64,000 nt of DNA from Desulfuromonadales bacterium (GCA_033549025.1 JAWSUS010000013.1:20672-84671), one strand, 5' to 3'. Counted from the first letter of the stretch, positions 27,855 to 38,269 are shown. The notes: generated from the sequence alone by a model not told the origin. Program-made: numbers and translations.

Positions 27855-28979
27855 TTACTGAACTTCGACGAAATGGCCGCCCTTGACCTGGTAGACGGAA
27901 AAGCCGACCCCTTCGGCATCGCCGCGGGCGTCGAAGCGGATCTTGCCCAGCGTCGTGTCGACATAGGAAGTCTTGAGAGCGTCCGAAAGCTTGGCGTAGT
28001 CGACACCGCCCGCCACCTTGATGGCGTTGAGGGCGGCCTGGATGGCGGCATAGCCCTGGTCGTAAAAGGTACCCGGTTCCTTGCCATACTTGGCCTTGTA
28101 GGCATCACGGGCCTCATTGTTAAGGGGGAAGCGGGAAACGTCCATGGGGCCGGTGGCATAGACGCCCTCGGCGTTGGCGCCGGCAATTTCGAGAAAGCCA
28201 TCCCCCTTGATGCCGTCGGGGCCGATGAAGGCGACGTCAACACGCTTCTTCTTCATCTGCCCCACCAGTTTGGACGCCTCGGGGTGATAACCCCCAAAAA
28301 TAACCGCATCCGCTCCTTCGCGGCGGATCTTCTGCACGACGGCCGAGTAATCCATGGCGCCGGGGGTAATCCCTTCGTACATCACCACTTTGGCCAGACC
28401 ACCCTGCTCGATGGTCTGCTGGGCGAAGTCCGCGAACCCCTTGCCGTAATCCCCCTTGTCATGAATGAGGGCGACCTTCTTGGCCCCGAGCTGGCCGGTG
28501 ACGAACTCGGCTGCGAGCTTGCCCTGCATATCGTCGGAGGCAATGGTGCGGTAGAAGTTGGGATATTCCCCGCTCTGGGTCAAGGTCGGGGTCGTAGCGG
28601 AGGGGGAGATGGCGATAACGTTGGCTTCCTTGTAGATGCCGAGAGCGGCCTTGGTGGCGCCGGAGCAGACATGGCCGATGACAACGGCGGCGCCCTGGGA
28701 CACCAGCCGGGTCGCCACGTTGGTGGCAATTTCGGGTTTGCATTGGTCATCGAGGAGCAGCAGCTCGATCTGGCGGCCCAGCACGCCGCCTTCGGCGTTG
28801 ACCTGCTCAGCCACCAGCTGGACAGCCTCCATGGTCGGGATGCCGTAGGGGGCCAGGTCACCGGTATGGGGGCCGGCCACGCCTATTTTAAAAGTGTCCG
28901 CCGCCCAGGCCGGAGCCGTCAGGACAAAGAGACAAAGACAGAGGATGGAAAAAACGCGTCTGCTACGATAGAAGCTCAT
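27855..28979 (-). CDS. livK: Branched-chain amino acid ABC substrate-binding protein (LivK/LivJ)
   Basis: Signal peptide, DDQCKP, GHVCSG, D..QG, HDK.DYGKG, GGYHPE; AGGAGG SD. Confidence 0.93.
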   Translation of the reverse strand: MSFYRSRRVFSILCLCLFVLTAPAWAADTFKIGVAGPHTGDLAPYGIPTMEAVQLVAEQVNAEGGVLGRQIELLLLDDQCKPEIATNVATRLVSQGAAVVIGHVCSGATKAALGIYKEANVIAISPSATTPTLTQSGEYPNFYRTIASDDMQGKLAAEFVTGQLGAKKVALIHDKGDYGKGFADFAQQTIEQGGLAKVVMYEGITPGAMDYSAVVQKIRREGADAVIFGGYHPEASKLVGQMKKKRVDVAFIGPDGIKGDGFLEIAGANAEGVYATGPMDVSRFPLNNEARDAYKAKYGKEPGTFYDQGYAAIQAALNAIKVAGGVDYAKLSDALKTSYVDTTLGKIRFDARGDAEGVGFSVYQVKGGHFVEVQ

Positions 28980-29360
28980 ACTTTCCTCCTGGTCAGAAAA
29001 ATAAACCGCACTTGTGAACCAACCGTTCAAGGTATAGCTTTAATCCCCAGCCTCCGTCAAGAGCTAATCCCATGAAATAACGATGAAATTCATTCAAAAA
29101 ACACGATAAGTCCGAACACCTCGTGGACCTGCCGTGATCTTTTCAGCGCCGGTTTCTCGCCGCACCGTTATGGGCCGACTTCATTCCCAAAGAAGTTTAC
29201 CGCTTTTTCTGGGAGAAAAAGCGCCTCGCTTTCGCCGACAGTCCCCGAGGTTGTGAAAAATACTCTTAAACGTGGAAATCGAAGCCAAAGAGGGAAACCG
29301 TGACATGGATCGCGGTTAATGAATCGGATCTTTTGCTGCAAAAACCTTGACTTTTAGCTC

Positions 29361-29389
29361 TTGTCCACCATCTTTTGCCATGGTATAAG
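29361..29389 (+). promoter_or_regulatory. sigma70 promoter for small ORF / amino acid ABC operon
   Basis: TTGTCC-17bp-TATAAG with extended TG. Confidence 0.6.
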
Positions 29390-29449
29390 CTGCTTGTTCA
29401 GCCCTTTTAATACCGGGGCGGCCTTGATAATTCGGAAAGGGGGCATACT

Positions 29450-29605
29450 ATGAATCGTGGACGCAAGGAACCCGTGCAGGTGGTCTGCCCCAAATGCCGC
29501 TTTACCGAGATCGTCTATCTGCCCATGGAAGACCTGCCCCGCTGCCCTGAATGCAACACGCCCATGATCATCCAGGAACTGCTGGATGAAGGAAAATCCT
29601 ACTGA
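29450..29605 (+). CDS. Small zinc-ribbon protein (51 aa)
   Basis: Hand translation MNRGRKEPVQVVCPKCRFTEIVYLPMEDLPRCPECNTPMIIQELLDEGKSY; SD AAAGGGGG; GC-rich third positions; not in ORF track. Confidence 0.85.
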   Translation: MNRGRKEPVQVVCPKCRFTEIVYLPMEDLPRCPECNTPMIIQELLDEGKSY

Positions 29606-29641
29606 CGACAAGAAGGTTTATTCATCCCAAGGAGAGACGTC

Positions 29642-30439
29642 ATGAAACGATTGACTTTGCTGCTGCTCCCCCTGCTACTTCTGCTGGCCCTCGCACCGGT
29701 CTCGATGGCCGACACCCTTGACGACATCAAGGAGAGAGGCGTGCTGCGCGTCGGCATGGAGCCGGGCTACATGCCCTTTGAACTGACCAACCAGAAGGGC
29801 GAGATCATCGGCTTCGATCCCGATGTGGCTAAACGCATGGCCAAAAAACTCGGCGTCAAACTGGAACTGGTCAGCACGGCCTGGGACGGCATCATCCCCT
29901 CGCTGATGACCGGCAAGTTCGACATCATCATGAGCGGCATGACCATCACGGACGAGCGGGCCGAGGTGGTTGACTTCGCCAATCCCTACATCATCATCGG
30001 CCAGACGGTCCTGCTGCGCAAGGATCTCGCCGGCGAAGTAACTTCCTACAAAACCCTCAACGACCCCAAGTACAAGATCGCTTCCAAACTGGGCACCACC
30101 GGTGAGTTCGCCGCCAAGGAGACCTTTCCCGACGCCCAGTACTTCTCCTACGAGACCGAGCAGGAGGCCGTCATGGAGGTCGTCAGCGGCAAAATTGACG
30201 CCTTCATCTACGATTCCCCCTACAACGCCGTGGCCTTCGCCGAAAAGGGTCAGGGCAAGCTGGTCTTTCTTGACCAGCCTTTCACCGAAGAGCGCATCGG
30301 TTGGGCCGTACGCAAGGGCAATCCCAAGATGATCGCCTTTCTCAATGCCTATCTGGAGGAAATCAAGGCCGACGGCACCTATGACAAGATCTACACCAAG
30401 TGGTTCAAGGACGACACCTGGCTGAAGGAACTCCAGTAA
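29642..30439 (+). CDS. Polar amino acid ABC transporter substrate-binding protein
   Basis: Signal peptide, LRVG..GYMPFE, GFD.D, WDGIIPSL..GKFDII.SGMTIT.ER. Confidence 0.95.
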   Translation: MKRLTLLLLPLLLLLALAPVSMADTLDDIKERGVLRVGMEPGYMPFELTNQKGEIIGFDPDVAKRMAKKLGVKLELVSTAWDGIIPSLMTGKFDIIMSGMTITDERAEVVDFANPYIIIGQTVLLRKDLAGEVTSYKTLNDPKYKIASKLGTTGEFAAKETFPDAQYFSYETEQEAVMEVVSGKIDAFIYDSPYNAVAFAEKGQGKLVFLDQPFTEERIGWAVRKGNPKMIAFLNAYLEEIKADGTYDKIYTKWFKDDTWLKELQ

Positions 30440-30508
30440 GATCCCTCGCCAGAGATTAACGACAACGGCCCCGCCAGGGGCCGCTTGATTTAAGGAAGAC
30501 CTGACGTT

Positions 30509-31468
30509 TTGAATTCCGGCCATCATCTTTTTTATTCGAAGCTTCTGCTCGCCGCCATCCTTATCCTGGTGGCGGCGGGAATGTGGGGCGCCACGGCCCG
30601 GGTGGACTACACCTGGCGCTGGGAACGCGTCCCCCAGTATTTCCTCTACAAGGGGGAAGATATTCATAAAGCCGGCGAGGATGGCCGGGTGGACCAATTG
30701 CAGGTCCAGGGGAAAAGCGCCCTCATCCAGATGCGGTACGACAACGGCGAGACCGAAGAATTCACCGTTGAGGCGGACACGGTAAAGGTGACCGCCGGCG
30801 AAGAACTCTTCGAAGGGGACATCCTCGGTTTCAGCTCCAGCTGGCATATCGGCCCACTGATTCAGGGGCTGTGGGTCACCCTGTGGCTCTCCCTGCTGTC
30901 AAGCATTCTCGGTCTGGCCCTGGGCCTGGTGACGGGCCTGTGCCGCGTGTCGAAGAACTACGTCCTCAAAAGCCTGGCTTCCCTTTACGTCGAGTTGATT
31001 CGCGGCACCCCCCTGCTGGTACAGATCTTTATCTTCTATTTCTTCATCGGCACGGTGCTCAACCTCGACCGCATGGTGGCGGGCATTGGCGCTCTCGGCA
31101 TTTTTGCCGGCGCCTACATCGCCGAAATCATCCGGGCCGGCATTCAGTCCATTCCCCGGGGACAGATGGAAGCCGCCCGCTCCCTGGGCATGACCGTGCC
31201 CCAGGCGATGCGTCACATCATCCTGCCGCAGGCTTTCAAACGCACCCTGCCGCCGCTGGCCGGGCAGTTCATCAGTCTGATCAAGGATTCCTCGCTGGTG
31301 TCGGTCATCGCCATCACCGATCTCACCAAGAGCGGCCGCGAGGTCATCACTTCGTCTTTTGCCACCTTTGAAGTCTGGTTCACGGTGGCCGCTCTCTACC
31401 TTGTCGTCACGTCCCTGCTGTCGCAGGTGGTTTTCTGGATGGAACGGAGGCTTTCGGTCAGTGATTGA
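30509..31468 (+). CDS. Polar amino acid ABC transporter permease
   Basis: [48 protein letters not shown] start. Confidence 0.94.
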   Translation: MNSGHHLFYSKLLLAAILILVAAGMWGATARVDYTWRWERVPQYFLYKGEDIHKAGEDGRVDQLQVQGKSALIQMRYDNGETEEFTVEADTVKVTAGEELFEGDILGFSSSWHIGPLIQGLWVTLWLSLLSSILGLALGLVTGLCRVSKNYVLKSLASLYVELIRGTPLLVQIFIFYFFIGTVLNLDRMVAGIGALGIFAGAYIAEIIRAGIQSIPRGQMEAARSLGMTVPQAMRHIILPQAFKRTLPPLAGQFISLIKDSSLVSVIAITDLTKSGREVITSSFATFEVWFTVAALYLVVTSLLSQVVFWMERRLSVSD

Positions 31469-32195
31469 TGCACGGCACGTTGTAAAGACTTTTCACGGGC
31501 GCGGCCAGATCGTGCGCGCCGTCGACGACGTTTCCACCACCATCGCCAAGGGGGAGGTCGTGGTTGTCATCGGCCCTTCCGGTTCGGGCAAATCGACCTT
31601 TCTACGTTGTCTGAACGGCCTGGAAACCTTCGATTCGGGCCATATCGTCATCGACGGCATGGATCTGGCCGACCGACACACTGACATCAACCAGGTGCGC
31701 CGTGAGGTGGGCATGGTCTTCCAGCAGTTCAACCTCTTTCCCCACAAGACGGTCCTGCAGAACATCACCCTGGCCCAGCAGGTAGTGCGGGGACGCAAAA
31801 ACGCCGAGGCCGAGGAGACCGCCCGCAAGCTGCTGAAAAAGGTCGGTATCGCCGAGAAGGAGGCCGAGTATCCGGCCCGCCTCTCCGGCGGTCAGCAGCA
31901 GCGTGTGGCCATCGCCCGCGCCCTGGCCATGAATCCCAAGGTCATGCTCTTTGACGAACCGACCAGCGCTCTCGATCCCGAGATGGTCGGTGAAGTGCTC
32001 GACGTCATGAAACAGCTGGCCCGCGAGGGGATGACCATGGTGGTGGTGACGCACGAAATGGGCTTCGCCCGCGAGGTGGCGGACCGGGTGCTCTTCATGG
32101 ATGCGGGCAAACTCGTCGAGGAAGGCACTCCGCAGGAAATCTTTTCGAATCCGCGGGAAGAGCGCACGAAACTCTTTCTCAATCAAGTTCTGTAA
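31461..32195 (+). CDS. Polar amino acid ABC transporter ATPase (GlnQ family)
   Basis: [41 protein letters not shown] start after GGAGG. Confidence 0.95.
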   Translation: MIDARHVVKTFHGRGQIVRAVDDVSTTIAKGEVVVVIGPSGSGKSTFLRCLNGLETFDSGHIVIDGMDLADRHTDINQVRREVGMVFQQFNLFPHKTVLQNITLAQQVVRGRKNAEAEETARKLLKKVGIAEKEAEYPARLSGGQQQRVAIARALAMNPKVMLFDEPTSALDPEMVGEVLDVMKQLAREGMTMVVVTHEMGFAREVADRVLFMDAGKLVEEGTPQEIFSNPREERTKLFLNQVL

Positions 32196-32217
32196 GCGCC
32201 TTAAACCATCACATCAG

Positions 32218-32244
32218 AAAAGGGCGCCGGCTGGCGCCCTTTTT
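32218..32244 (+). terminator. Rho-independent terminator
   Basis: AAAAGGGCGCC-ggct-GGCGCCCTTTTT. Confidence 0.85.
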
Positions 32245-32272
32245 ATTTGGGAAAAAGGTCCGAGGAAAGACA

Positions 32273-33010
32273 GTGACACATACGAAAAACGCCGCCGATG
32301 AGGCGGGGCAGGATATTTCGCCGGGCTGGCTGCGCGAGGGACTGGCCGCCGCCGCCCCCATCGCCCTCGGCTACTTTCCCCTGGGCATGGCCATGGGCGT
32401 ACTGGGCCAGAAAGCCGGACTCTCGGCCGGCATGGTCACCCTGATGTCGCTGCTGGTCTATGCCGGAAGTGCCCAGTTCATCGCCGTGGCCATGCTGGGG
32501 ACGGGAGCGGGACCGGGGGCGATCATCCTGACCACCTTCGTCGTCAACTTCCGCCATCTGCTCATGAGCTTCGCCCTGTCGGTGCCCCTGCGCGGGGCAC
32601 GTCGCGGTTTTTTGTCCCTCTTTTCCTACGGCATCACCGACGAGACCTTCGCGGTCAACATGACCCGCTTCCGCCAGGACGGCTGGGATCGACGGCGCGC
32701 CCTGGTGGTCAACGAAGGCTCCCACCTGGCCTGGGTCGGCGCCACCACCTGTGGGGCCTGGGCCGGGGCCTTTATTCCCGCCGGCGCCTTCGGCATCGAC
32801 TATGCCCTGGTGGCGATGTTCCTCTGCCTGCTGGTCTTTCAGCTGCAGGGGCGCCTCTATGTACTGACCGCCCTGGCCACCGCCATCCTTTCCGTCGTCC
32901 TCTACCTGTTCGTTCCCGGCAACGCCTACGTGGTGCTGGCTTCGGTGGGTGGCGCCACCATCGGCTTTCTGCTGCAGAAACGCAAAAACCGCACGCGGAG
33001 GACGTCATGA
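32273..33010 (+). CDS. azlC: AzlC family branched-chain amino acid exporter, large subunit
   Basis: GYFPLG, VYAGSAQF, VNFRHLLMS, ITDETFA. Confidence 0.92.
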   Translation: MTHTKNAADEAGQDISPGWLREGLAAAAPIALGYFPLGMAMGVLGQKAGLSAGMVTLMSLLVYAGSAQFIAVAMLGTGAGPGAIILTTFVVNFRHLLMSFALSVPLRGARRGFLSLFSYGITDETFAVNMTRFRQDGWDRRRALVVNEGSHLAWVGATTCGAWAGAFIPAGAFGIDYALVAMFLCLLVFQLQGRLYVLTALATAILSVVLYLFVPGNAYVVLASVGGATIGFLLQKRKNRTRRTS

Positions 33011-33327
33011 GTCTGGTGGACTATCTGCTGCTGGTCGCCGGCATGGGAGCCGTGACCTACATCCCCCGCTGGCTCCCCCTCTTTGCCCTGGCCCAGCGCC
33101 GACTGCCTCAGGGGCTGGTCGACTGGCTGCGACTGATCCCCGTCGCCATCCTCAGCGCGCTGGTGGCTCCCGCCCTGCTGACCGACAGCGCCACGCGCAC
33201 CCTGTCCTTTGGTAAGCCCGAATTCTGGGTTGCCATCCCTACCCTCTTCTTCGCCTGGCGGACCCGCTCCCTGGCCGGTACCGTCATCTTCGGCATGGTC
33301 CTGTTCTGGCTGGCCGGAAAATTTTAA
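33007..33327 (+). CDS. azlD: AzlD family exporter, small subunit
   Basis: GMGAVTYIPR.LP, IPVAILSALV; ATGA overlap with azlC. Confidence 0.9.
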   Translation: MSLVDYLLLVAGMGAVTYIPRWLPLFALAQRRLPQGLVDWLRLIPVAILSALVAPALLTDSATRTLSFGKPEFWVAIPTLFFAWRTRSLAGTVIFGMVLFWLAGKF

Positions 33328-33339
33328 AAACCCGGAGGA

Positions 33340-33792
33340 TCAGGAGGTCGCCGCTGTTTCGTGGCTGGGACGGCGCGGCACGACGGCCAGAGTCAAACGC
33401 GAGATGCAGACCAGCTGGCCCTGTTCATTGCTGATACGGATTTCCCACACCTGGGAACGGCCGCCGATATGGATGGGCGTGGCGAGGCCGGTGACAAAGC
33501 CCTTGCGCACCGGGCGCAGGCGGTTGGCGTTAATCTCTTGACCGACGCAGACCTGACGTTCCTGATTCACGCAGAGGTTGCCGGCGATGCTGCCCAGATG
33601 CTCGGCCAACGCGACGGAGGCGCCGCCGTGCAGAACACCGAAAGGCTGATGCACCCGCGCCGCCACCGGCATACGCGCCACCAGAGTCTTCTCGCCGATC
33701 TCGGTAAATTCGATCCCCAGATACTCTCCCAGGTTCCCCGCCGACAGGGCGTTGATTTCTGCCAGGGCATATTCTTTGAACCAGATGGCCAT
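33340..33792 (-). CDS. Hotdog-fold thioesterase (PaaI/MenI-like)
   Basis: QPFGVLHGGASVALAE, VGQEINAN.LRP, SQVWEIRI. Confidence 0.92.
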   Translation of the reverse strand: MAIWFKEYALAEINALSAGNLGEYLGIEFTEIGEKTLVARMPVAARVHQPFGVLHGGASVALAEHLGSIAGNLCVNQERQVCVGQEINANRLRPVRKGFVTGLATPIHIGGRSQVWEIRISNEQGQLVCISRLTLAVVPRRPSHETAATS

Positions 33793-33914
33793 AGTGCAAT
33801 TCTCCCCCTGATATTTTGGTCCAAGCTCTCGCCTTCCAGCGATTTTCTGTTTGAATGGGTAAAAAGAAGCACGGACGAGAACGTTTTTTCTGCGCGCTGA
33901 GTGGGGGGAAGACG

Positions 33915-34586
33915 ATGAGAGAAAACCCCATGCGGAAAATGCTGCGGGTCATCGACCTGGAATACGGCCAGACCGCCTATGTCACGGGGCGCCTCAAGGC
34001 ACCTCCCCGTATACTCGAAGCCATGGCCCGTGTGCCCCGGGACGCTTTCGTGCCGGCAGAAATGAAAGCCCGCGCCTATGACAACAACGCGCTCCCCATC
34101 GGCCGGGGACAGACCATCTCCCAGCCCTTCATCGTGGCGCTGATGACCGACCTGCTGGAGACCGAACCGGATGACGTCATCCTCGAAATCGGCACGGGCT
34201 CAGGCTACCAGGCGGCGGTTCTGTCTCAGTTGGTAAAACAGGTCTACAGCCTGGAGATTCTCCCTGAACTGGCCGAGCGCAGCGCTCGCCTGCTGGCGGA
34301 ACAGGGCTGCGCCAACGTGGAGGTCATCTGCGCCGACGGTACCAAGGGTCTGCCGGCGCGTGCGCCCTTTGACGGCATCATCGTCACGGCCGCCGCTGGC
34401 CACATTCCGCCGGCCTTGCCGAAACAGTTGAAGACGGGTGCTCGCCTGGTCATCCCCGTGGGACCTCCTTACGGACACCAGGAGCTGCTGGTGGTCGACA
34501 GAGAGGACGACGAAAAAATTCGCAGCCGCTCCGTCCTCGGCGTGGTTTTCGTCCCCCTGACGGGCGCCGGGTGGACCGACGCCTAG
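33915..34586 (+). CDS. pcm: Protein-L-isoaspartate O-methyltransferase
   Basis: VPRDAFV, LPIGRGQTISQP, LEIGTGSGYQAA, APFDGIIVTAA, V.FVPL. Confidence 0.95.
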   Translation: MRENPMRKMLRVIDLEYGQTAYVTGRLKAPPRILEAMARVPRDAFVPAEMKARAYDNNALPIGRGQTISQPFIVALMTDLLETEPDDVILEIGTGSGYQAAVLSQLVKQVYSLEILPELAERSARLLAEQGCANVEVICADGTKGLPARAPFDGIIVTAAAGHIPPALPKQLKTGARLVIPVGPPYGHQELLVVDREDDEKIRSRSVLGVVFVPLTGAGWTDA

Positions 34587-34600
34587 ACGAGCAGCGGCGC

Positions 34601-35494
34601 TCAGCCCGGGATAACGTCTTCCGGCGGCTCGCCGCTCTCGCCCCCATCATCCCCAGCGGTCTGCTGATCGTCCGGCACCTCCAGGCTGATGCGGCCGATC
34701 TTTCCGCCGCGCAGTTCGAAGAGCAGAATCTCGGCGGCCCGATGACGGTCGACCTCGCCGCCGGCCACCAGGCAACCCCGCCGGCGACCGATCTCGTGCA
34801 GCATATCGGAAGGCGTCGGCGGCAGTTCCGTCAGGCGGTAACGGGTCTTCAGCCCTTCCGGGTAACGGCGGGCCAGATAATCCAGCACAAAGAGCGCTAC
34901 CTCGGGATATTCCATGACCGTGTCGCCGATGGCGCCACTGGCGGCGAGACGGTAGGCGCCATCCTGGTCAGCCAGGTTGGGCCAGAGGATGCCCGGTGTA
35001 TCGGACAGAACGATGCCGTTTTTCAGATCGATATGCTGCTGGCTCTTGGTGATGGCCGGCTTGTCACCCACCTTGGCGATGGCGCGACCGGCCAGGGTAT
35101 TGATGAGCGTGGACTTGCCCACGTTGGGGATGCCCACCACCATGACCCGCAGAGGCTTGCCGGGGACACCGCGGTGGGGCGCCAGGCTGCGGATCAGCTT
35201 GAGCAGACGCGGCACCGAGGCCCGGCTTTTCGCCTCGAGGGCGATGGCCTTCACCCCGTGTTGGCGCTCGAAAAAAACACCCCACTGACGGGTCACTTCG
35301 GGATCGGCCAGGTCGGCCTTGTTGAGCAACTTGATGCAGGGTTTGTTGCCACGCAGCTCGGCCAGCAGCGGATTGGCACTGGAGGCGGGCAAGCGGGCAT
35401 CGAGCACCTCGATGACGACATCGATGGTGCGCATGGTCTCGCTGATCAACCGCCGGGCCTTGTTCATGTGCCCGGGATACCATTTTATGGCCAT
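34601..35494 (-). CDS. ylqF: Ribosome biogenesis GTPase YlqF/RbgA
   Basis: IKWYPGHM, DARLP.SS.NP, NKADL, GIPNVGKST, DTPGILWP. Confidence 0.96.
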   Translation of the reverse strand: MAIKWYPGHMNKARRLISETMRTIDVVIEVLDARLPASSANPLLAELRGNKPCIKLLNKADLADPEVTRQWGVFFERQHGVKAIALEAKSRASVPRLLKLIRSLAPHRGVPGKPLRVMVVGIPNVGKSTLINTLAGRAIAKVGDKPAITKSQQHIDLKNGIVLSDTPGILWPNLADQDGAYRLAASGAIGDTVMEYPEVALFVLDYLARRYPEGLKTRYRLTELPPTPSDMLHEIGRRRGCLVAGGEVDRHRAAEILLFELRGGKIGRISLEVPDDQQTAGDDGGESGEPPEDVIPG

Positions 35495-35705
35495 GGGGTT
35501 CTTCGCTTTCGTTCAGTTCGATTTTAAGGTCAGGGGTCTTACTGTTCAGATGCACAGATGGGCGACGTGTCTTGATTCCGGCAATTTTACGAATCCGCAC
35601 GTGGCCGCGAGGGCAGACACCGGGTATAGTTTAACCATCAACGGATGCTTGTGGCAGAGCAGACGGTAGATAAAAAAACCTTCTTCATCACAGCAGCTCC
35701 TTTGG

Positions 35706-35743
35706 CGCGTCGAATTGCCCTCCTGATCGACGCGTCTTTTTTT
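35706..35743 (+). terminator. Terminator-like hairpin oriented opposite to flanking genes
   Basis: CGCGTCGA...TCGACGCG stem followed by TCTTTTTTT on the plus strand. Confidence 0.5.
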
Positions 35744-35822
35744 ATCCGCGCCCTTCCCACAAAGAAACACCCACCAGCCTGCTTGTGACCAGTGGGTGCC
35801 CCGTCGGAAAACGTCTGAAAAG

Positions 35823-36176
35823 TTATTTCCCTTCCGCCGCCTTGAAGGCCTGCAGGTACTTCTGCAGAATCCGCCGGCCCCGCTCATCGATTTCCGTGAA
35901 CTCGATCCCCGAGCAGATGCCCTCGTCAGGACAGAACTCCTCGTGCACTACCGAGCCCTTGAGCTCCACCACTTCATCCTCGAGCCCCAGGGTCAGCAGA
36001 ACGGTATGGTAATCTTCCAACGGCACATGCGTCTGCAGCATCAAACCTTTTTCACAGACATTGCGGGTGCGCCCCATCCCCTGATCCACCACCTGGCCGT
36101 TCTGGTCCAAAACCACGTAATCCAGAAAGTTCAGGGAATCCTTCCGTTCTGACTCCCGCCGGTCCTGATTCTCCAT
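35823..36176 (-). CDS. PilZ domain protein
   Basis: DRRESER (RxxxR), NVCEKG (D/NxSxxG-like), GIEF; GGGGAG SD. Confidence 0.85.
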   Translation of the reverse strand: MENQDRRESERKDSLNFLDYVVLDQNGQVVDQGMGRTRNVCEKGLMLQTHVPLEDYHTVLLTLGLEDEVVELKGSVVHEEFCPDEGICSGIEFTEIDERGRRILQKYLQAFKAAEGK

Positions 36177-36253
36177 ATATTCTCCCCTGGTCTGAACAAA
36201 AAGGTCGAAAAGCCCATGCGGCTTCCTGACAGCCGTGCCATTAAGTTTCGATA

Positions 36254-36282
36254 ATTCTACCCGGCGAACCCCGGAGATACAA
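36254..36282 (-). promoter_or_regulatory. Putative sigma70 promoter of PilZ gene
   Basis: TTGTAT-17bp-TAGAAT on minus strand. Confidence 0.55.
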
Positions 36283-36342
36283 GGAGTTATTCTCCGGCAA
36301 AACGCCGGTCTCTTTGCCCCAGCAACACCTGGTCTGAAATAT

Positions 36343-37554
36343 TTAATCCTTGACAGCCACAACGATATACACCGGATTGTAGGCCTCGAACATCTTGTAA
36401 TCGGTCAAGGGTCGGGTGCGGGCGATGTTGATGGTCGTCACCTCGACCTGGTAGCCAGCGTTGTCGAAGAATTCGTTGGCGGCCGTCAGCGTATCGAGGG
36501 TGGTGGCGTTCAGCACGATGCGCCCTTCGGCGGGGAGACGGCCATCGACCGCCTCAAGGATATCCCAAAGATTCCCTCCCGACCCCCCGATAAAAACCCG
36601 GTCGGGGTCGGGCAGATCGTCAAACACGGCCGGCGCCTCGCCTTCAATCAGGGTCACGTGGCGGGCGTTGAAGCGGTTCAGGTTTTCCTTGATGAAGCCG
36701 ACATACTGGTCATTGCGCTCGATGGCGAAGATGCGGCCATTGGGGAGCAGGGAATCCGCTTCGATACTGACCGAACCGGAGCCCGCCCCGACGTCCCACA
36801 GAACCATGTCGTGGCGCAGGTTGAGCTTGGCCAGGGTCACCACCCGGATTTCTTCCTTGGTGATCAGGTGCTTGGTGGTCGAAAATTCCTCGTCGGGAAT
36901 GCCGAGGGTGGGGATGTAGTCGTCGCCTCCCCCCTCGTATTCCTTGATGAGGATGAGGACATTGAGGGGAGCGGCCTTGATATCCAGCAATCCGCGCACA
37001 TCGGTAACGACAATGCGTTCCTCGGCAGTACCGAGATTCTCGCAGAGGTAGGCAGCGTAGCCTTCCCGGCCCCGCCGGATCATCTCCCCGGCGATGGCGG
37101 CCGGCGTGTTGATCTTGTCGGTCAGCACGGCCGCCTTGTCGTTGGCGACGATGCGATCAACCGCCCCTTTGATGCCCCGCCCTTCGGCGGAGATAAAGAC
37201 GGCATCGTCCCACGGCTCCTTGATCTTCGCGAAGGCATACTGCACCGAACTGACGTTGGGCACAAAGTCGAGGCTTTCTTCGGGGAGATTGCGCAGCAGG
37301 TAGCGCCCGATGCTGAAAAAGAGCGGATCGCCGGTGGCAAGGATCACGGAAGTTCCTTTTTCGGTGTTCAGGCGTTCAAGCAGGCCGGCAGCGCTGCTGT
37401 CGACTACGACCTTTTCCCCGGAGAAATCCGGGAACAGGGCCAGCAGATGCTCGCTGCCGAAGAGACGCACAGCCTGATTGATAATATCGAGGGCGCGGCC
37501 GCTGAATCCTTCCTGACCCTCTACACCTGCTCCGATCACGTACACTTTTTTCAT
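36343..37554 (-). CDS. cbiET: Precorrin-6Y C5,15-methyltransferase (decarboxylating), CbiE-CbiT fusion
   Basis: LATGDPLFF, PNVSSVQ.AFA, ENLG..EER, ITKEEIR, WDVGAGSGSVSIE, PDRVFIGGSG. Confidence 0.94.
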   Translation of the reverse strand: MKKVYVIGAGVEGQEGFSGRALDIINQAVRLFGSEHLLALFPDFSGEKVVVDSSAAGLLERLNTEKGTSVILATGDPLFFSIGRYLLRNLPEESLDFVPNVSSVQYAFAKIKEPWDDAVFISAEGRGIKGAVDRIVANDKAAVLTDKINTPAAIAGEMIRRGREGYAAYLCENLGTAEERIVVTDVRGLLDIKAAPLNVLILIKEYEGGGDDYIPTLGIPDEEFSTTKHLITKEEIRVVTLAKLNLRHDMVLWDVGAGSGSVSIEADSLLPNGRIFAIERNDQYVGFIKENLNRFNARHVTLIEGEAPAVFDDLPDPDRVFIGGSGGNLWDILEAVDGRLPAEGRIVLNATTLDTLTAANEFFDNAGYQVEVTTINIARTRPLTDYKMFEAYNPVYIVVAVKD

Positions 37555-37636
37555 ATAACCCCTCTCAGGTTACGCCGCTGGGCGACAGCGCTTCCCAAAC
37601 GTCGCCCCTCAAGGCGGCGGCTATAAAATGCCCCCC

Positions 37637-38236
37637 TCAGCCGTTCAACAGGGAAACAACCCTGGGACCGTCGGGGTGATAATCGATGATATTGAGACAA
37701 CCGAAATCCTGCGCCAGGTGAAACATTTTATCGAGGGGCGCGCCGATGGCGTCGAGCAGAATGAGGCGATTTACGCCGCCGTGTCCGACGATGACGACCT
37801 CTTCCCCGGGGTGGGCACGGAGGATATCCTCCAGGGCCGGGCGCACCCGCTGGGCCAGGTCAAGGAGATTCTCCCCGCCGGGGACCCGGTAATGGACCAG
37901 ATCGTCGAGACGGTTCTGCCATTGCTGGGGATAACTCGCCTGCAGTTCCTGCCAGGTGCGTCCTTCCCACTCGCCGACATGAAGTTCGCGCAGAGCCGGT
38001 TTGATCAGCGGCTCCAGGCCATGCGCGTGGCCGAGAATCCTGGCCCCTTCCACGCAGCGCCCCAGGTCGCTGGCATAGACAGCCTTAATGGCCCTCTCCT
38101 GCAGGCGCATCTGCAGCATGCCGAACTGGGCCCGCCCTTTTTCGGTCAGGGCCACCTCGCTCTGGCCATTATACCGCTTCTGCTCATGTCCCTGAACCTG
38201 GCCATGGCGGATAAGGTAAACGCGAGTAGGATTCAT
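37637..38236 (-). CDS. cobC: Histidine phosphatase, probable alpha-ribazole phosphatase
   Basis: LIRHG, SDL.R, ELHVGEWEG, PGGE, GHGGV; adjacent to cbiET. Confidence 0.8.
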   Translation of the reverse strand: MNPTRVYLIRHGQVQGHEQKRYNGQSEVALTEKGRAQFGMLQMRLQERAIKAVYASDLGRCVEGARILGHAHGLEPLIKPALRELHVGEWEGRTWQELQASYPQQWQNRLDDLVHYRVPGGENLLDLAQRVRPALEDILRAHPGEEVVIVGHGGVNRLILLDAIGAPLDKMFHLAQDFGCLNIIDYHPDGPRVVSLLNG

Positions 38237-38269
38237 CTATACTCCAGTTCCATGCGACACGCTGCCTTG

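Noticed and set aside
36226..36240. sigma54-like TGGCAC upstream of the PilZ gene (similar partial match at 44046-44061)
   Set aside because: The -12 TTGC is absent or spaced one base off.
37555..37636. Cobalamin riboswitch before cbiET (TGGGAAG in a hairpin)
   Set aside because: Only 82 bp and lacks the other conserved B12-element blocks.
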